From Kiritimatiellia bacterium (GTDB taxonomy: Bacteria; Verrucomicrobiota; Kiritimatiellia; SLAD01), in assembly GCA_007134735.1 (NCBI GenBank), contig SLKG01000082.1:2731-66730 (forward strand): a stretch of 64,000 bases of DNA, in the 5' to 3' direction. Below the pieces are notes generated by a model that saw only the letters and a list, made by a program, of their open reading frames with translations, was not told the DNA's origin and did not search any database. A program made the translations under genes and the position numbers. This document shows, piece after piece, positions 18,235-27,912 of this stretch (its first letter is position 1; every line of letters starts with the position of its first letter).

Positions 18235-19656
18235 ATGAAAGAACGACAGGTTGAAGTGGCCGTCATCGGCGCCGGGACGGCCGGCCTGGTGGCATTGCGC
18301 GAAGTGCGCAATGTGACCAATGACTTTGTGCTGATCAATAAGGGGCCCTATGGAACCACTTGCGCGCGTGTGGGGTGTATGCCCTCCAAGGCCTTGATCC
18401 AGGTGGCGCACGATTTTCATCGCCGGCGCCAGTTTGGACGGGAAGGCATCCTCGGTTCGGACGGGCTGGCCGTGGATGCGGCACAGGCGATGCGGCATGT
18501 GCGTGCCCTCCGGGATCATTTCGCGGGCGGCATGGTCAAGCGCACGGAACGGTTCGGCGACCGGAACATCCGGGGACACGCGCGGTTCGTGGAACCCGGC
18601 GTGCTGGACGTGGACGGACAGATCGTGCGCGCCCGACGCGTGATCATCGCCGCCGGATCGCATCCAGCCGTGCCGGACGCCTGGCAGGCGCTGGGCGAAC
18701 GTATCCTGACGAGCGACACGATTTTCGAGGAAGAGACCCTGCCGGCCTCCGTCGCGGTAATCGGTCTGGGCGTAATCGGCGTGGAGTTGGGCCAGGCGCT
18801 CGCGCGGCTGGGCGTGGAGACGGTCGGCGTCAGTCATTCCCACAGCCTGGCCGGCCTGACGGATCCCGATATCCGGAATGCGGCGGGGGAATTGATGAAA
18901 GAGGACTTGGAGCTTTGGCAGGGGGAACCCGCGGAGTTGACGGAAGAAGGCCATGGCGTTCGGGTAACCGCCGGGCCGAATTCCCGCAACGTGGACAAGG
19001 TGCTTGTCAGCATAGGGCGAAATCCAAACACGGAGGGATTGGGACTTGAGAATCTCGGTGTTGAGATTCGGGAAGACGGCTTGCCGGTATTCGATCCGGA
19101 CACCTTGCAGGTCGGTGGCTTGCCCGTCTTCATCGCGGGCGATGTGAACAACGAGTATCCTATTCTGCACGAGGCGTGGGACGACGGTCGGATCGCAGGG
19201 TACAACGCGATGCAGGACCGGCCCGTCTGTTTCAGAAGGCGGACGCCGCTGGCCATAACCTTTTCCGATCCGAACATCGCGATGGCCGGACGTTCGTATG
19301 CGTCATTGAAACCGGATACCTTCGTGGCCGGAGACGAGGATTTTGCCCGACAAGGCCGGGCGCTCATCAAGGGCGAGGCGCGCGGCCGATTGCGCATCTA
19401 CGGCGATCCTGAGTCGGGTCGTCTTCTGGGCGCGGAGATCGTCGCGCCGGACGGCGAACATCTCGCGCATCTGCTGGCATGGGCCATACAGAAGAACATG
19501 ACCGTATTCGAGGCGTTGCGCATGCCGTTTTATCATCCGGTCACCGAAGAAGGCGTGCGCATGGCCCTGCAGAGCCTGGCGACGAAGATGCCGCACAAGC
19601 CGGCCCCGATGGACATGGCCTTTTGTGAAGAAACGCCTCCGGACGCGTTGTCCTAG
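18235..19656 (+). CDS. FAD-dependent pyridine nucleotide-disulfide oxidoreductase (dihydrolipoyl dehydrogenase / mercuric reductase-like)
   Basis: 473 aa; FAD motif VAVIGAGTAGL, redox-active disulfide GTTCARVGCMPSK, C-terminal dimerisation domain with HP.(T)..E. Confidence 0.8.
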   Translation: MKERQVEVAVIGAGTAGLVALREVRNVTNDFVLINKGPYGTTCARVGCMPSKALIQVAHDFHRRRQFGREGILGSDGLAVDAAQAMRHVRALRDHFAGGMVKRTERFGDRNIRGHARFVEPGVLDVDGQIVRARRVIIAAGSHPAVPDAWQALGERILTSDTIFEEETLPASVAVIGLGVIGVELGQALARLGVETVGVSHSHSLAGLTDPDIRNAAGELMKEDLELWQGEPAELTEEGHGVRVTAGPNSRNVDKVLVSIGRNPNTEGLGLENLGVEIREDGLPVFDPDTLQVGGLPVFIAGDVNNEYPILHEAWDDGRIAGYNAMQDRPVCFRRRTPLAITFSDPNIAMAGRSYASLKPDTFVAGDEDFARQGRALIKGEARGRLRIYGDPESGRLLGAEIVAPDGEHLAHLLAWAIQKNMTVFEALRMPFYHPVTEEGVRMALQSLATKMPHKPAPMDMAFCEETPPDALS

Positions 19657-19657
19657 T

Positions 19658-19706
19658 GGAGGGTCACGTTTCCGCGTGACCCGGACGCGCGGAAGCGCGT
19701 CCCTCC
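19658..19706. repeat. REP-like hairpin element, family 2 (GGAGGGTCACGtTTCCGCGTGACCCGGACGCGCGGAAGCGCGTCCCTCC)
   Basis: Imperfect ~22-bp inverted repeat immediately after lpd-like stop, between convergent genes; second copy at 53188-53236. Confidence 0.65.
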
Positions 19707-19743
19707 AACCCGCGCCGGGGTCATGTGAAACAACGACCCCACT

Positions 19744-21102
19744 CTAGCCCGTGATTTCCAGCAGGGCGTTGGCGATGGAGAGGTAGATCAGCACACCCCC
19801 CACATCCGCGACGGAGGTTACCAGCGGGGCGCTGGCCGTCGCGGGATCCATCTTGAATCGGCCCAGGATGAACGGCAGGGACATGCCGAGCAGGCTTCCG
19901 AAGATCACAATGCTGACCATGGAAGTCGAAACAACCAGGGCCACCCGCATATCGGTTCGGTACAGGGCCAGGAAGAACACCGCGACCGCCATGGAAATAC
20001 CCAGCGTCAGCGAGACGGCGATTTCGCGGAATAACAGGCGAAGATAATCGCCGGTTCGCACGTCACCCGTGGCCAGACTGCGCACAATCAGTGTGGCCGC
20101 CTGCGCCCCCGAATTGCCCCCGCTGTCGATCAGCAACGGTAGAAAGAATACAAGCGCCACTACGGATTCGATCAACTCCTCAAAATGCGCGATGCCCGCC
20201 CCGGAGAAAATGTTTACGAAGACCAGCAGGACCAACCAGCCGACCCGCCGCAGATAAAGGGTGGCATACGGAGCGTTCAACACGCTGGTGTGCAGGGGAA
20301 GCACCGACCCGATTTTCTGCATGTCCTCCGTGGCTTCCTCTTCGATGACGTCGATAATGTCGTCGGTCTTGATTCGACCGATCAAGACACCGCCGTGTCC
20401 GACAACCGGAATGGCGCGAAAATCGTATTTCTCGATCAGGTGCGCCACTTCCTCCTGGTCGGCATCCGCGCGCACGCTGATGACATCGCGCGTAGCGATG
20501 TCACCCAGCCGCATGCGTTCATCATCGGCCGTTATGAGCCGCTTCAACGGCATCACGCCGGTCAGGCGCCGTTCCCGGTCGGTGACATACAGATAGGAAA
20601 TGCCTTCGACCTCTTCCAATGCGCGGAGCGCCTGGATGGCCCCGGCCACGGTGGTGTCTTCGTCCAGCGCGAAAACGTCCGGCGACATGATGCCGCCCGC
20701 GCTTTCCGGGCTGTAGGCCATCAGTTCCTGAATTTCGGCGGATTCCTCCAGCGTCATGTGGCCAAGCACGGAATCCACAACGTCTTCGGGCAACCCGCCC
20801 AGAATATCCGCAACCTCTTCGGGGGGCAGGGTGCGCAGCGCGTCAGACGTCGTTCGCGGATCAAGCAATTCGGCGATTTCGCCGCGCACCACGGGATCCA
20901 GTTGATACAACACGCGGCCGGCGACGTCCGGCGGGAGAAGATCAAGAATGCGCCGGCACTCATCCGCGTGCAGGGTATGGCAAGCGTCCGCAATGTCTTC
21001 CGGACGCTCTTTGCGAAGAAGGAAACGCAGTTGTTCGACGTTATTTTCCTCCAACGCGGCCTTGATTTGTTCGGCCAGTCTGTTGTCTGTCGGTTCGGTC
21101 AT
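19744..21102 (-). CDS. mgtE: magnesium transporter MgtE (copy 1)
   Basis: 452 aa; N domain, tandem CBS domains, C-terminal 5-TM MgtE domain ending ...GFLLK/ GRFKMDPA..PLVTS.DVGGVLIY. Confidence 0.9.
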   Translation of the reverse strand: MTEPTDNRLAEQIKAALEENNVEQLRFLLRKERPEDIADACHTLHADECRRILDLLPPDVAGRVLYQLDPVVRGEIAELLDPRTTSDALRTLPPEEVADILGGLPEDVVDSVLGHMTLEESAEIQELMAYSPESAGGIMSPDVFALDEDTTVAGAIQALRALEEVEGISYLYVTDRERRLTGVMPLKRLITADDERMRLGDIATRDVISVRADADQEEVAHLIEKYDFRAIPVVGHGGVLIGRIKTDDIIDVIEEEATEDMQKIGSVLPLHTSVLNAPYATLYLRRVGWLVLLVFVNIFSGAGIAHFEELIESVVALVFFLPLLIDSGGNSGAQAATLIVRSLATGDVRTGDYLRLLFREIAVSLTLGISMAVAVFFLALYRTDMRVALVVSTSMVSIVIFGSLLGMSLPFILGRFKMDPATASAPLVTSVADVGGVLIYLSIANALLEITG

Positions 21103-21129
21103 GTTGTCCCGAAATGATACGACATTACA

Positions 21130-22536
21130 CTATATGAAAATCCATGGCACACACACCGCCCGCGCTTCTTCGATGACGGCCGCGGGGTCCATGATGTCCA
21201 GCAAAGCCGTCGCAATGCCCAGATAGATCAGCACGCCCGCGATATCCGCGATCGATGTCACCAACGGCGCGCTGGCGGTGGCCGGATCCATATTGAATTT
21301 CTTCAACAGGAACGGAAGGGATATGCCGATCAAACTTCCGATCACCACAATCGTGATCATGGATATGAAGACCACCAGGGCGACTTCGGGGCCGGCGCGG
21401 TACCAGGCGATCATGTACACGCACACGGCCATGGTGGCGCCCAGCGCCAGGGACACACCGACTTCGCGCAGCAGCAGGCGCGCGTAATCGCCCGCGTTGA
21501 CATCCCCCGTGGCCATACTCCGCACGATGAGGGTTGAGGCCTGCGCGCCGGAATTGCCCCCGCTGGCAATGAGCAGGGGCAGGAAAAATACCAGGGCCAC
21601 CACGGATTCGATGAGATGCTCATGATAGGCAATGCCCGCGCCGGAAAAGATGTTAACGAAGACCAGCAGGATTAACCAGACGACCCGCCGCGCGTATAAG
21701 GCCGTGAAGCGCGTCTTCAATACGCTGGTTTCGAAGGGCATGACCGATCCGATCTTCAGCATGTCCTCGGTGGCTTCTTCCTCGATGACGTCCATCACGT
21801 CATCGGCCGTGACCCGGCCTACCAGTGTGCCGTTCAGGTCGACGATGGGCAGGGTTCGAAAATCGTATTTCTGGACCAGGTGAGCCACCTTTTCCTGGTC
21901 GTCGTCCACGCGGGCGCTGATCACGCCGCGGGTCATGATCTCGGAAAGCGCCTGATCGTCCCGGGCGGCAATTAACCGCTTTAGGGGCATCACCCCGATC
22001 AATCGGCGATTCCGATCCGTGACATAGAGATAAGAAACCTGTTCGAGGGTTTTATCTTCGCGGAGCGCCCGGATCGCCTCGGCCACTGTGATATGGCCTT
22101 CGAGGTTGTAAACGTCCGGCGTCATGATGCCGCCGGCCGTGTCCGGCGGATAGGTCATCAATTGTTCGACGTCTTCGGCGGCTTCCGACTCCATGCGCTC
22201 GATGGTGGCCTCGGCCAATTCTTCGGGGATATTTTCGAGAATGTCGGCGGCTTCGTCGGACGGAATGGTATCCAGCGCATCGGCCACGACTTGCGGGTCC
22301 ATCATTTCGATCACTTCGCCGTGAATGACCGGATCGAGATCGGCCATCACCGCGCCAATGGCTTCGGGTTCGAGCAGGCCGAGGACGTGCTTGATTTCTT
22401 CGGCATGAAGGTTGCGGCAGAGTTCGGCAATGTCTTCGGGGCGTTTCTTGTGCAACAGGAACCGGACGCGCACGTCGTCGTTCATTTCCAGCGCGGTTCG
22501 GATTTGGGGGACCAACCGGTTATTGGATTTTGCCAT
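21130..22536 (-). CDS. mgtE: magnesium transporter MgtE (copy 2, tandem paralog)
   Basis: 468 aa; collinear with copy 1 over full length (~55-60% identity by eye). Confidence 0.9.
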   Translation of the reverse strand: MAKSNNRLVPQIRTALEMNDDVRVRFLLHKKRPEDIAELCRNLHAEEIKHVLGLLEPEAIGAVMADLDPVIHGEVIEMMDPQVVADALDTIPSDEAADILENIPEELAEATIERMESEAAEDVEQLMTYPPDTAGGIMTPDVYNLEGHITVAEAIRALREDKTLEQVSYLYVTDRNRRLIGVMPLKRLIAARDDQALSEIMTRGVISARVDDDQEKVAHLVQKYDFRTLPIVDLNGTLVGRVTADDVMDVIEEEATEDMLKIGSVMPFETSVLKTRFTALYARRVVWLILLVFVNIFSGAGIAYHEHLIESVVALVFFLPLLIASGGNSGAQASTLIVRSMATGDVNAGDYARLLLREVGVSLALGATMAVCVYMIAWYRAGPEVALVVFISMITIVVIGSLIGISLPFLLKKFNMDPATASAPLVTSIADIAGVLIYLGIATALLDIMDPAAVIEEARAVCVPWIFI

Positions 22537-22647
22537 AAGGAATCTCCGCGTTGAAGAGCAGTCCCTGGTTCAACATGCTGAAAGGCTAAGGAATTAACAT
22601 GATGCGGTCAAACTTCAAGCGCCCCTGAATGGTCTTTCTGTTCTTAT

Positions 22648-22725
22648 GGAGGGCGAGGCTCCCGCCGAGCCGGGAAATCACCGACACACCCGGTGCTCCA
22701 CGGCTCGGCGGGAGCCTTGCCCTCC
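22648..22725. repeat. REP-like hairpin element, family 1 (GGAGGGCGAGGCTCCCGCCGAGCCG ... CGGCTCGGCGGGAGCCTTGCCCTCC)
   Basis: 25-bp arms around a 28-nt loop; related copies at 30668-30691 (half element) and in the 42.6-kb tandem array. Confidence 0.65.
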
Positions 22726-22919
22726 AGTATCGATCACATTGTTCACCCGTGGAGTTGAGTAAGACGCTGCGCTGAGCCGCGCATCAACGGATGGTCTGTC
22801 CGGAAATATTCCGGGGAGGAGACATTGAGCGTGTTCCCGGGAGCGCCCCCCCCCGAAAGCACGGGCCGGATGGGCCGAACCCCTCCCCCTCGCAGGGAGG
22901 GAGGGGAGGCCACCGCGGA

Positions 22920-23549
22920 TTACGCCTTGGCTTGGGCGTACAATTGGCCGACTTTCTTCCAGTTCACCACATTCCAGAATGCGTCGATATAGTCCGGGCG
23001 ACGATTCTGGTATTTGAGGTAGTACGCGTGTTCCCACACGTCCAGTCCCAGGATGGGTGTGCCCGAACACTCGGCCACGCCCTTCATGATGGGATTATCC
23101 TGGTTCGGAGTCGAACAGATGCACAGCTTGCCGTCGTTGTTCACGCACAGCCAGGCCCAGCCCGAACCGAAACGGGCGACGGCCGCCTCCTTGAACTTTT
23201 CCTTCAAGGCGTCCAACCCACCCAGTTCGGCGTCGATGGCTTTCGCCAGATCGCCGTCCGGCTCGCCCCCTCCTTCGGGTGAAAGGAGCTGCCAGAAGAA
23301 GGTATGGTTTACGTGTCCGCCGCCGTTGTTGCGAACCGCCGTCCGGATGTCCTCGGGAACACCGGACAGGTCCGCGATCAGCTCTTCGGCGGATTTCGAC
23401 GCCAGGTCGGCGTGTTTTTCCAGCGCCGCGTTCAGCTTGCTCACATAGGCGCCGTGATGTTTTCCATGATGGATCTCCATCGTCTTCGCATCGATATGGG
23501 GTTCCAACGCGCTGACGTCATACGGCAACGTGGGTAGTTCGTGTGCCAT
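22920..23549 (-). CDS. Fe/Mn-family superoxide dismutase
   Basis: 209 aa; HHGKHH, metal ligands and DVWEHAYY signature. Confidence 0.9.
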   Translation of the reverse strand: MAHELPTLPYDVSALEPHIDAKTMEIHHGKHHGAYVSKLNAALEKHADLASKSAEELIADLSGVPEDIRTAVRNNGGGHVNHTFFWQLLSPEGGGEPDGDLAKAIDAELGGLDALKEKFKEAAVARFGSGWAWLCVNNDGKLCICSTPNQDNPIMKGVAECSGTPILGLDVWEHAYYLKYQNRRPDYIDAFWNVVNWKKVGQLYAQAKA

Positions 23550-23708
23550 GGGTTATCCTCCTTTTCTATGGTTTGATCTATGTACTCCGCCCAATATAAT
23601 CAGGCCATTCGAAATATCAAGGGTAGCCCCCGATATTTGTCCGGCCACCCGTTCCGTGTACAATCGACAAGCGTGCGGTCCTGGGGTAATCTGTGGATTG
23701 ATTGGAAA

Positions 23709-24152
23709 ATGGGTATGGATTTCTTCACCAACATAACAATCTGGTGCGCCTTTCTCGCGTGGCTGGTGGCCCAGTTCTTGAAATTTATTTTTCATTATAT
23801 CAACACCCGCGAGATAGACTTCTACGTCTTTGTCAGCACGGGGGGCATGCCGAGTTCGCACTCGGCCGCGGTAAGCGCTCTGGCGATGTCCGTCGGGCTG
23901 GTGGTCGGTTTCGGAAGCCCGGTCTTTGCGGTGGCGCTTCTCTTTGCGGTCGTCGTGATGTTCGACGCGCAGAGCGTGCGGCGGGCCGCCGGGATGCAGG
24001 CGCGCCTGCTCAACCAGATCGTGGATGAACTGGTGAAGGAACATCATTTACCCGAAGAGAAACTCGTGGAGTTGCTCGGCCACACGCCCTATGAAGTTCT
24101 GTTCGGCATGGTGTTGGGCATTCTGATGACCCTGCTGATTCATGCAATATAG
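23709..24152 (+). CDS. divergent PAP2-family membrane protein (DUF212/YuiD-like)
   Basis: Start at MGMDFFTNITIW (ATG 23709) within longer ORF; 4 TM, conserved GGMPSSHSA motif. Confidence 0.6.
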   Translation: MGMDFFTNITIWCAFLAWLVAQFLKFIFHYINTREIDFYVFVSTGGMPSSHSAAVSALAMSVGLVVGFGSPVFAVALLFAVVVMFDAQSVRRAAGMQARLLNQIVDELVKEHHLPEEKLVELLGHTPYEVLFGMVLGILMTLLIHAI

Positions 24153-24265
24153 TATTGCCTTTTTCTGCGCGGCCGCTATCTTCCTGCACAATTTGACACC
24201 GAACGGGGCCATGACGGCGCCGTCACAAGGTTCAATCAAACCCCTCAAACAAGGAGAGGAAGTAT

Positions 24266-24544
24266 ATGGCAAAACCTAAAACGAAGTCGCAGATCATCGG
24301 CCAGGTAGCGGAGGATGCGGAAATCACAAAGGCGCAAGCCAAGGCCGCCATCGAGTCGCTTGTGGCGCAGGCATACAAGGGCGCCAAGGACGGATTTACC
24401 ATCCCGGGACTCGGCAAGATCGTCGTGGTCAAACGTAAAGCGCGTATGGGCCGAAACCCGGCCACCGGGGAATCCATCAAGATCCCCGCGAAGCGCGTTT
24501 TGAAATTCCGTATTGCCAAGGCGGCGAAGGACGCGATTCTTTAA
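24266..24544 (+). CDS. hup: DNA-binding protein HU
   Basis: 92 aa; KAAIESLVAQAY...GFTIPGLGKIVVVKRKARMGRNPATGE..IKIPAKRV.KF HU/IHF fold; AAGGAGAGG RBS. Confidence 0.9.
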   Translation: MAKPKTKSQIIGQVAEDAEITKAQAKAAIESLVAQAYKGAKDGFTIPGLGKIVVVKRKARMGRNPATGESIKIPAKRVLKFRIAKAAKDAIL

Positions 24545-24570
24545 GCGATTCCATCGGAATGACTCTGCAT

Positions 24571-24602
24571 CGCGCCCTCTTCGGAGGGCGCGATTCTTTT
24601 TT
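24571..24602 (+). terminator. rho-independent terminator of hup
   Basis: gcgccctc-ttcg-gagggcgc stem followed by gattcTTTTTTT. Confidence 0.8.
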
Positions 24603-24684
24603 AGGGGATCCTGTTTCAATCATCGCCCGCGGATCGGGACAAGCCCGCTTGCGGGCACCCTCCATATGCGGTATAAGCCAACCC

Positions 24685-25581
24685 ATGACAATGACATCGC
24701 CCCTGATCAGCGAGATTCTGGCGGCCGCGCGACGCCCGGTTTTGTCGTATGAGTTTTTCCCCCCGAAAACCAAGGATCGGTTGGATCAATTGAAACGGGT
24801 GGCGGAGGAACTGAAACCGACCCGACCGGATTTTGTTACCGTGACCCATGGCGCGGGGGGATCTTCTCAAGGCCGCACGCTGGAGGCGTGTGCCCATCTT
24901 CGATCCGCCGGGTTCGCCGTGGTGATGCCCCATCTGACCTGTATCGGCGCAAGCCGGGAGGAACTGTGCGAGACCATTGACGCGTATTACGAGGAGGGAT
25001 ATCGCAACATCATGTGTTTACGGGGCGATCCGCCGCGAGGGGAGTCGCATTTTCAAAAGCATCCCGACGGACTGGCACACGCGAACGAGTTGATCGCGCT
25101 GGTGAAGAAACGGCATCCCGACATATGTTGCGGAGCCGCGGGTTATCCCGAGGTGCACCAGGAAGCCCTGTCTCCGGAATCGGACCTGTTGTATTTGAAA
25201 AGCAAGGTGGAAGCCGGCGCTTCGTTTATCACCACCCAGTTGTTTTTCGATAATCGCGCCTATGCCGGCTTTGTAAAGAAGTGTCGCGAGTGGGGAATCG
25301 CGGCGCCCGTCGTTCCCGGATTGCTTCCCCCCACCTCGTTGAAGCAAATTCAGCGTATGGCGGGCATGTGCGGAGCGTCTCTCCCTCCGCCACTGGTGAC
25401 GCACTTGATGGAGGCCGGAGAAGACAGGACAAAGGCAAAGTCCGTTGGTATTGAATGGACCGTGAAACAGGTCCGCGGGCTTCTTGAGCGCGGCGTTTCC
25501 GGGATCCATTTATATGTTCTCAACCAATCGGGGGTAGCGCTGGCCCCCGCCCTCACGGCATGTTTCAAGGAATATACATAG
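24685..25581 (+). CDS. metF: 5,10-methylenetetrahydrofolate reductase
   Basis: Start at MTMTSPLISE (ATG 24685; upstream part of ORF covers the hup terminator); SYEFFPPKT N-terminal motif, ~298 aa. Confidence 0.85.
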   Translation: MTMTSPLISEILAAARRPVLSYEFFPPKTKDRLDQLKRVAEELKPTRPDFVTVTHGAGGSSQGRTLEACAHLRSAGFAVVMPHLTCIGASREELCETIDAYYEEGYRNIMCLRGDPPRGESHFQKHPDGLAHANELIALVKKRHPDICCGAAGYPEVHQEALSPESDLLYLKSKVEAGASFITTQLFFDNRAYAGFVKKCREWGIAAPVVPGLLPPTSLKQIQRMAGMCGASLPPPLVTHLMEAGEDRTKAKSVGIEWTVKQVRGLLERGVSGIHLYVLNQSGVALAPALTACFKEYT

Positions 25582-25588
25582 TGCCGCC

Positions 25589-27463
25589 ATGAACCGGAAA
25601 ATCATCTTGGGAGCCTTCGCACTCTACCTGATGGGGGCCTTTCTTCACCTCGAATTGTTTCGACAGCCACCCGGAACGATCTGGGGCGATGCCGGGGACG
25701 GTTTTTTCAACCTGTGGGTGCTTCATCATGTCACCGAATCTGTTGCCCGTGGCGATTGGAACGTCGCCGATGGCCGAATCTTCTGGCCGGAGACAAACCA
25801 TACGCTCTTTTTGTCCGATAACCTGTTTGCCATAGCGCCCTTGTTTGCCGTGGGCCGGTTTCTTACCGCCGACCTGTTTGACGCTTTCCGGCTTACGGGA
25901 ATATTCCTGTCCATGCTGCATTTCAGCGCACTGTTATTTCTATGGCATCAAGCGTTCGCGCTGGTGCGCGATCAATATCCCGGCCTTTCTCCGCGTGCCG
26001 CCTGGCTGATCCCGGTCTTTGCCTATCTGGCCCATTTCTCACCCGCCGTTCTGATCAATCACTTTCTTCATATTCAGAACCTGAGCTCTTTGGGCATATT
26101 CGTCCTTTTGGGGGCGATCCTGGCCTATATCCGAAATCCGGCGGAGCGATGGATCGGTGTGATGGCCGCATCACTGGTCTTCATGTTGTATTCCACGCCG
26201 TACTTTGCCGTGGCCGGGTTCATTCTTCTGTCGGTCGGGCTGGGTTTTCAGGCGGCGCGAAACCCCGGTCGTGTATTTCAAACGCTATGGGGGGCACGAT
26301 GGCTCCTGGCGGCCTTCTTTGTTCCCGCTTTGTTTCTGGCTGTTATGTATCTCCGGGTGGAAGGTCCGGCATACCGGCCTTCGGATATAAGAACATTCTC
26401 CATACAATGGAGTCATCTGGTAACCCCGGCGTACAGCCTGACCCAGCAAATGATTTCCGGATGGATCAATAATTATCCCCGGCCGCATAATGAGAAGATT
26501 GCCTGGCTGGGCCCCGGCCTTCTGATCGGCCTGATTGTCATCCTGGGCGACACCGCAAGGCGCGCACAACTGCTTCGTTCTTTGTGGATTCGATCGCCCC
26601 TGTTCTGGATCGTTATTCTGACCATCATTCTCCTGCATGCAAAAATTCGTGAATTGCGGCCGTTTCTTACCGTGTGGACCGTGCTCCTGATCGGCGTCGC
26701 GGGTGTGGCATACATCCGCTTCTTCTCCCGTCAATACCGGGATGACACCATAATCTCGGCGGCCGCATATCTGGTTATGGCCGCGGCGCTCATGTACGGC
26801 ATTGCGTTCGGACCGCTCACGTATTACCTGTACGAACCCGTCAATCCATCGCTCTGGGGTTTCCTCACGTTGTGGGTTCCGGGCATGGTCAGTATCCGCG
26901 CGGTCGGCCGCATGGCATTCATCGGCCAGGTCCTGCTCTATGCTCTCGCCGCTTTGTGGATCTGGGTCACCCTGGCCCGTTCGGGCCGGACCCAAAAGCG
27001 AATGGTATGGACAGTGGTGGTGTTGCTGTGCGTTCTACAGGGGCTGGATGTATTCACCGTGCGTGCGCGCCAAGGGCGGTATGACGAATCGATCATTCGC
27101 CCGACACAAGAGGAGCACGCGTTTTTTGAGACGATTCATGGATCCCTGGTGTCCATACCGGCGCATCCTTTTTCCCGGAACACGGTGCCGATGTTGTACT
27201 TTGTCGGCTATCCTGAATTGCGCCTTATGAACGGTTATTCGGCCGTGTCCACGCCGGTATGGGATGAAGTGATGAGGTTGGAGCGTCAACACGGCGCATG
27301 CAGTCCGGAACAAGTCCAGTACGTGGTGAGCCAGGGCGTGGATTATATCGCGGTGCGCCTGGATTTCATACGCGCGTCTCGGGTCGCATGGCTAACGGAG
27401 TGGGCGGGGGCGCCCGTGTTTGAGAATCATCGATGGGCGGTGTATGCCACCGCAAACAGATAA
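25589..27463 (+). CDS. large polytopic membrane protein of unknown function (glycosyltransferase-C/YfhO-like topology)
   Basis: 624 aa, >12 predicted TM helices, starts 8 bp after metF stop; no catalytic motif recognised. Confidence 0.5.
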   Translation: MNRKIILGAFALYLMGAFLHLELFRQPPGTIWGDAGDGFFNLWVLHHVTESVARGDWNVADGRIFWPETNHTLFLSDNLFAIAPLFAVGRFLTADLFDAFRLTGIFLSMLHFSALLFLWHQAFALVRDQYPGLSPRAAWLIPVFAYLAHFSPAVLINHFLHIQNLSSLGIFVLLGAILAYIRNPAERWIGVMAASLVFMLYSTPYFAVAGFILLSVGLGFQAARNPGRVFQTLWGARWLLAAFFVPALFLAVMYLRVEGPAYRPSDIRTFSIQWSHLVTPAYSLTQQMISGWINNYPRPHNEKIAWLGPGLLIGLIVILGDTARRAQLLRSLWIRSPLFWIVILTIILLHAKIRELRPFLTVWTVLLIGVAGVAYIRFFSRQYRDDTIISAAAYLVMAAALMYGIAFGPLTYYLYEPVNPSLWGFLTLWVPGMVSIRAVGRMAFIGQVLLYALAALWIWVTLARSGRTQKRMVWTVVVLLCVLQGLDVFTVRARQGRYDESIIRPTQEEHAFFETIHGSLVSIPAHPFSRNTVPMLYFVGYPELRLMNGYSAVSTPVWDEVMRLERQHGACSPEQVQYVVSQGVDYIAVRLDFIRASRVAWLTEWAGAPVFENHRWAVYATANR

Positions 27464-27470
27464 AGGGTCG

Positions 27471-27890
27471 TTATTCCGCCGGCTTGGGCGGTAACTTCGC
27501 GAGAAAGCGCATGGACGCATACACATACAGGCCACACAGGATGGCCATAATGGAGCGCGTCACCACGGCGCCCGGTTGCGGCACATGTTCGGGTCCCACC
27601 GACATCATGTAGAGCAAGAAACGCATCTGTCCAACGGTTGCCAGAAGAGCTATGGCGGCCAGCGCTGTTGCGGCATACAGGGGGCGTTTCTGCACTTGCT
27701 CATGCATTGACGCCATCACGCCGCACACCAGAATGAAAACTCCGAAGAAAGCGCCCATCAGCAGCGTGGCCGGTCCGGCGCCCGTTAAGAAATATCCGCC
27801 CGCGCCCGTCAGAACCAGCGCCACGCCCAGCCCTATCGTGTATTTCGGCACAACAAAATCCTCCGCAGAATCTCCGTTTGCCTGAAGCAT
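27471..27890 (-). CDS. small 4-TM membrane protein, unknown function
   Basis: 139 aa hydrophobic ORF filling the gap between convergent/divergent neighbours; no homology recognised. Confidence 0.35.
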   Translation of the reverse strand: MLQANGDSAEDFVVPKYTIGLGVALVLTGAGGYFLTGAGPATLLMGAFFGVFILVCGVMASMHEQVQKRPLYAATALAAIALLATVGQMRFLLYMMSVGPEHVPQPGAVVTRSIMAILCGLYVYASMRFLAKLPPKPAE

Positions 27891-27912
27891 AACCGACGTT
27901 CATAATAGCGCA

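Noticed and set aside
18214-19170. 318-aa minus-strand ORF and 229-aa plus-strand alternate-frame ORF (18360-19049)
   Set aside because: Both overlap the Lpd-like oxidoreductase gene, which has unmistakable FAD and disulfide motifs. The overlapping translations are Arg/Gly-rich artefacts.
24545-24684. SAM riboswitch upstream of metF
   Set aside because: Only the hup terminator and a short leader are present. No SAM-I or SAM-II conserved blocks were seen.
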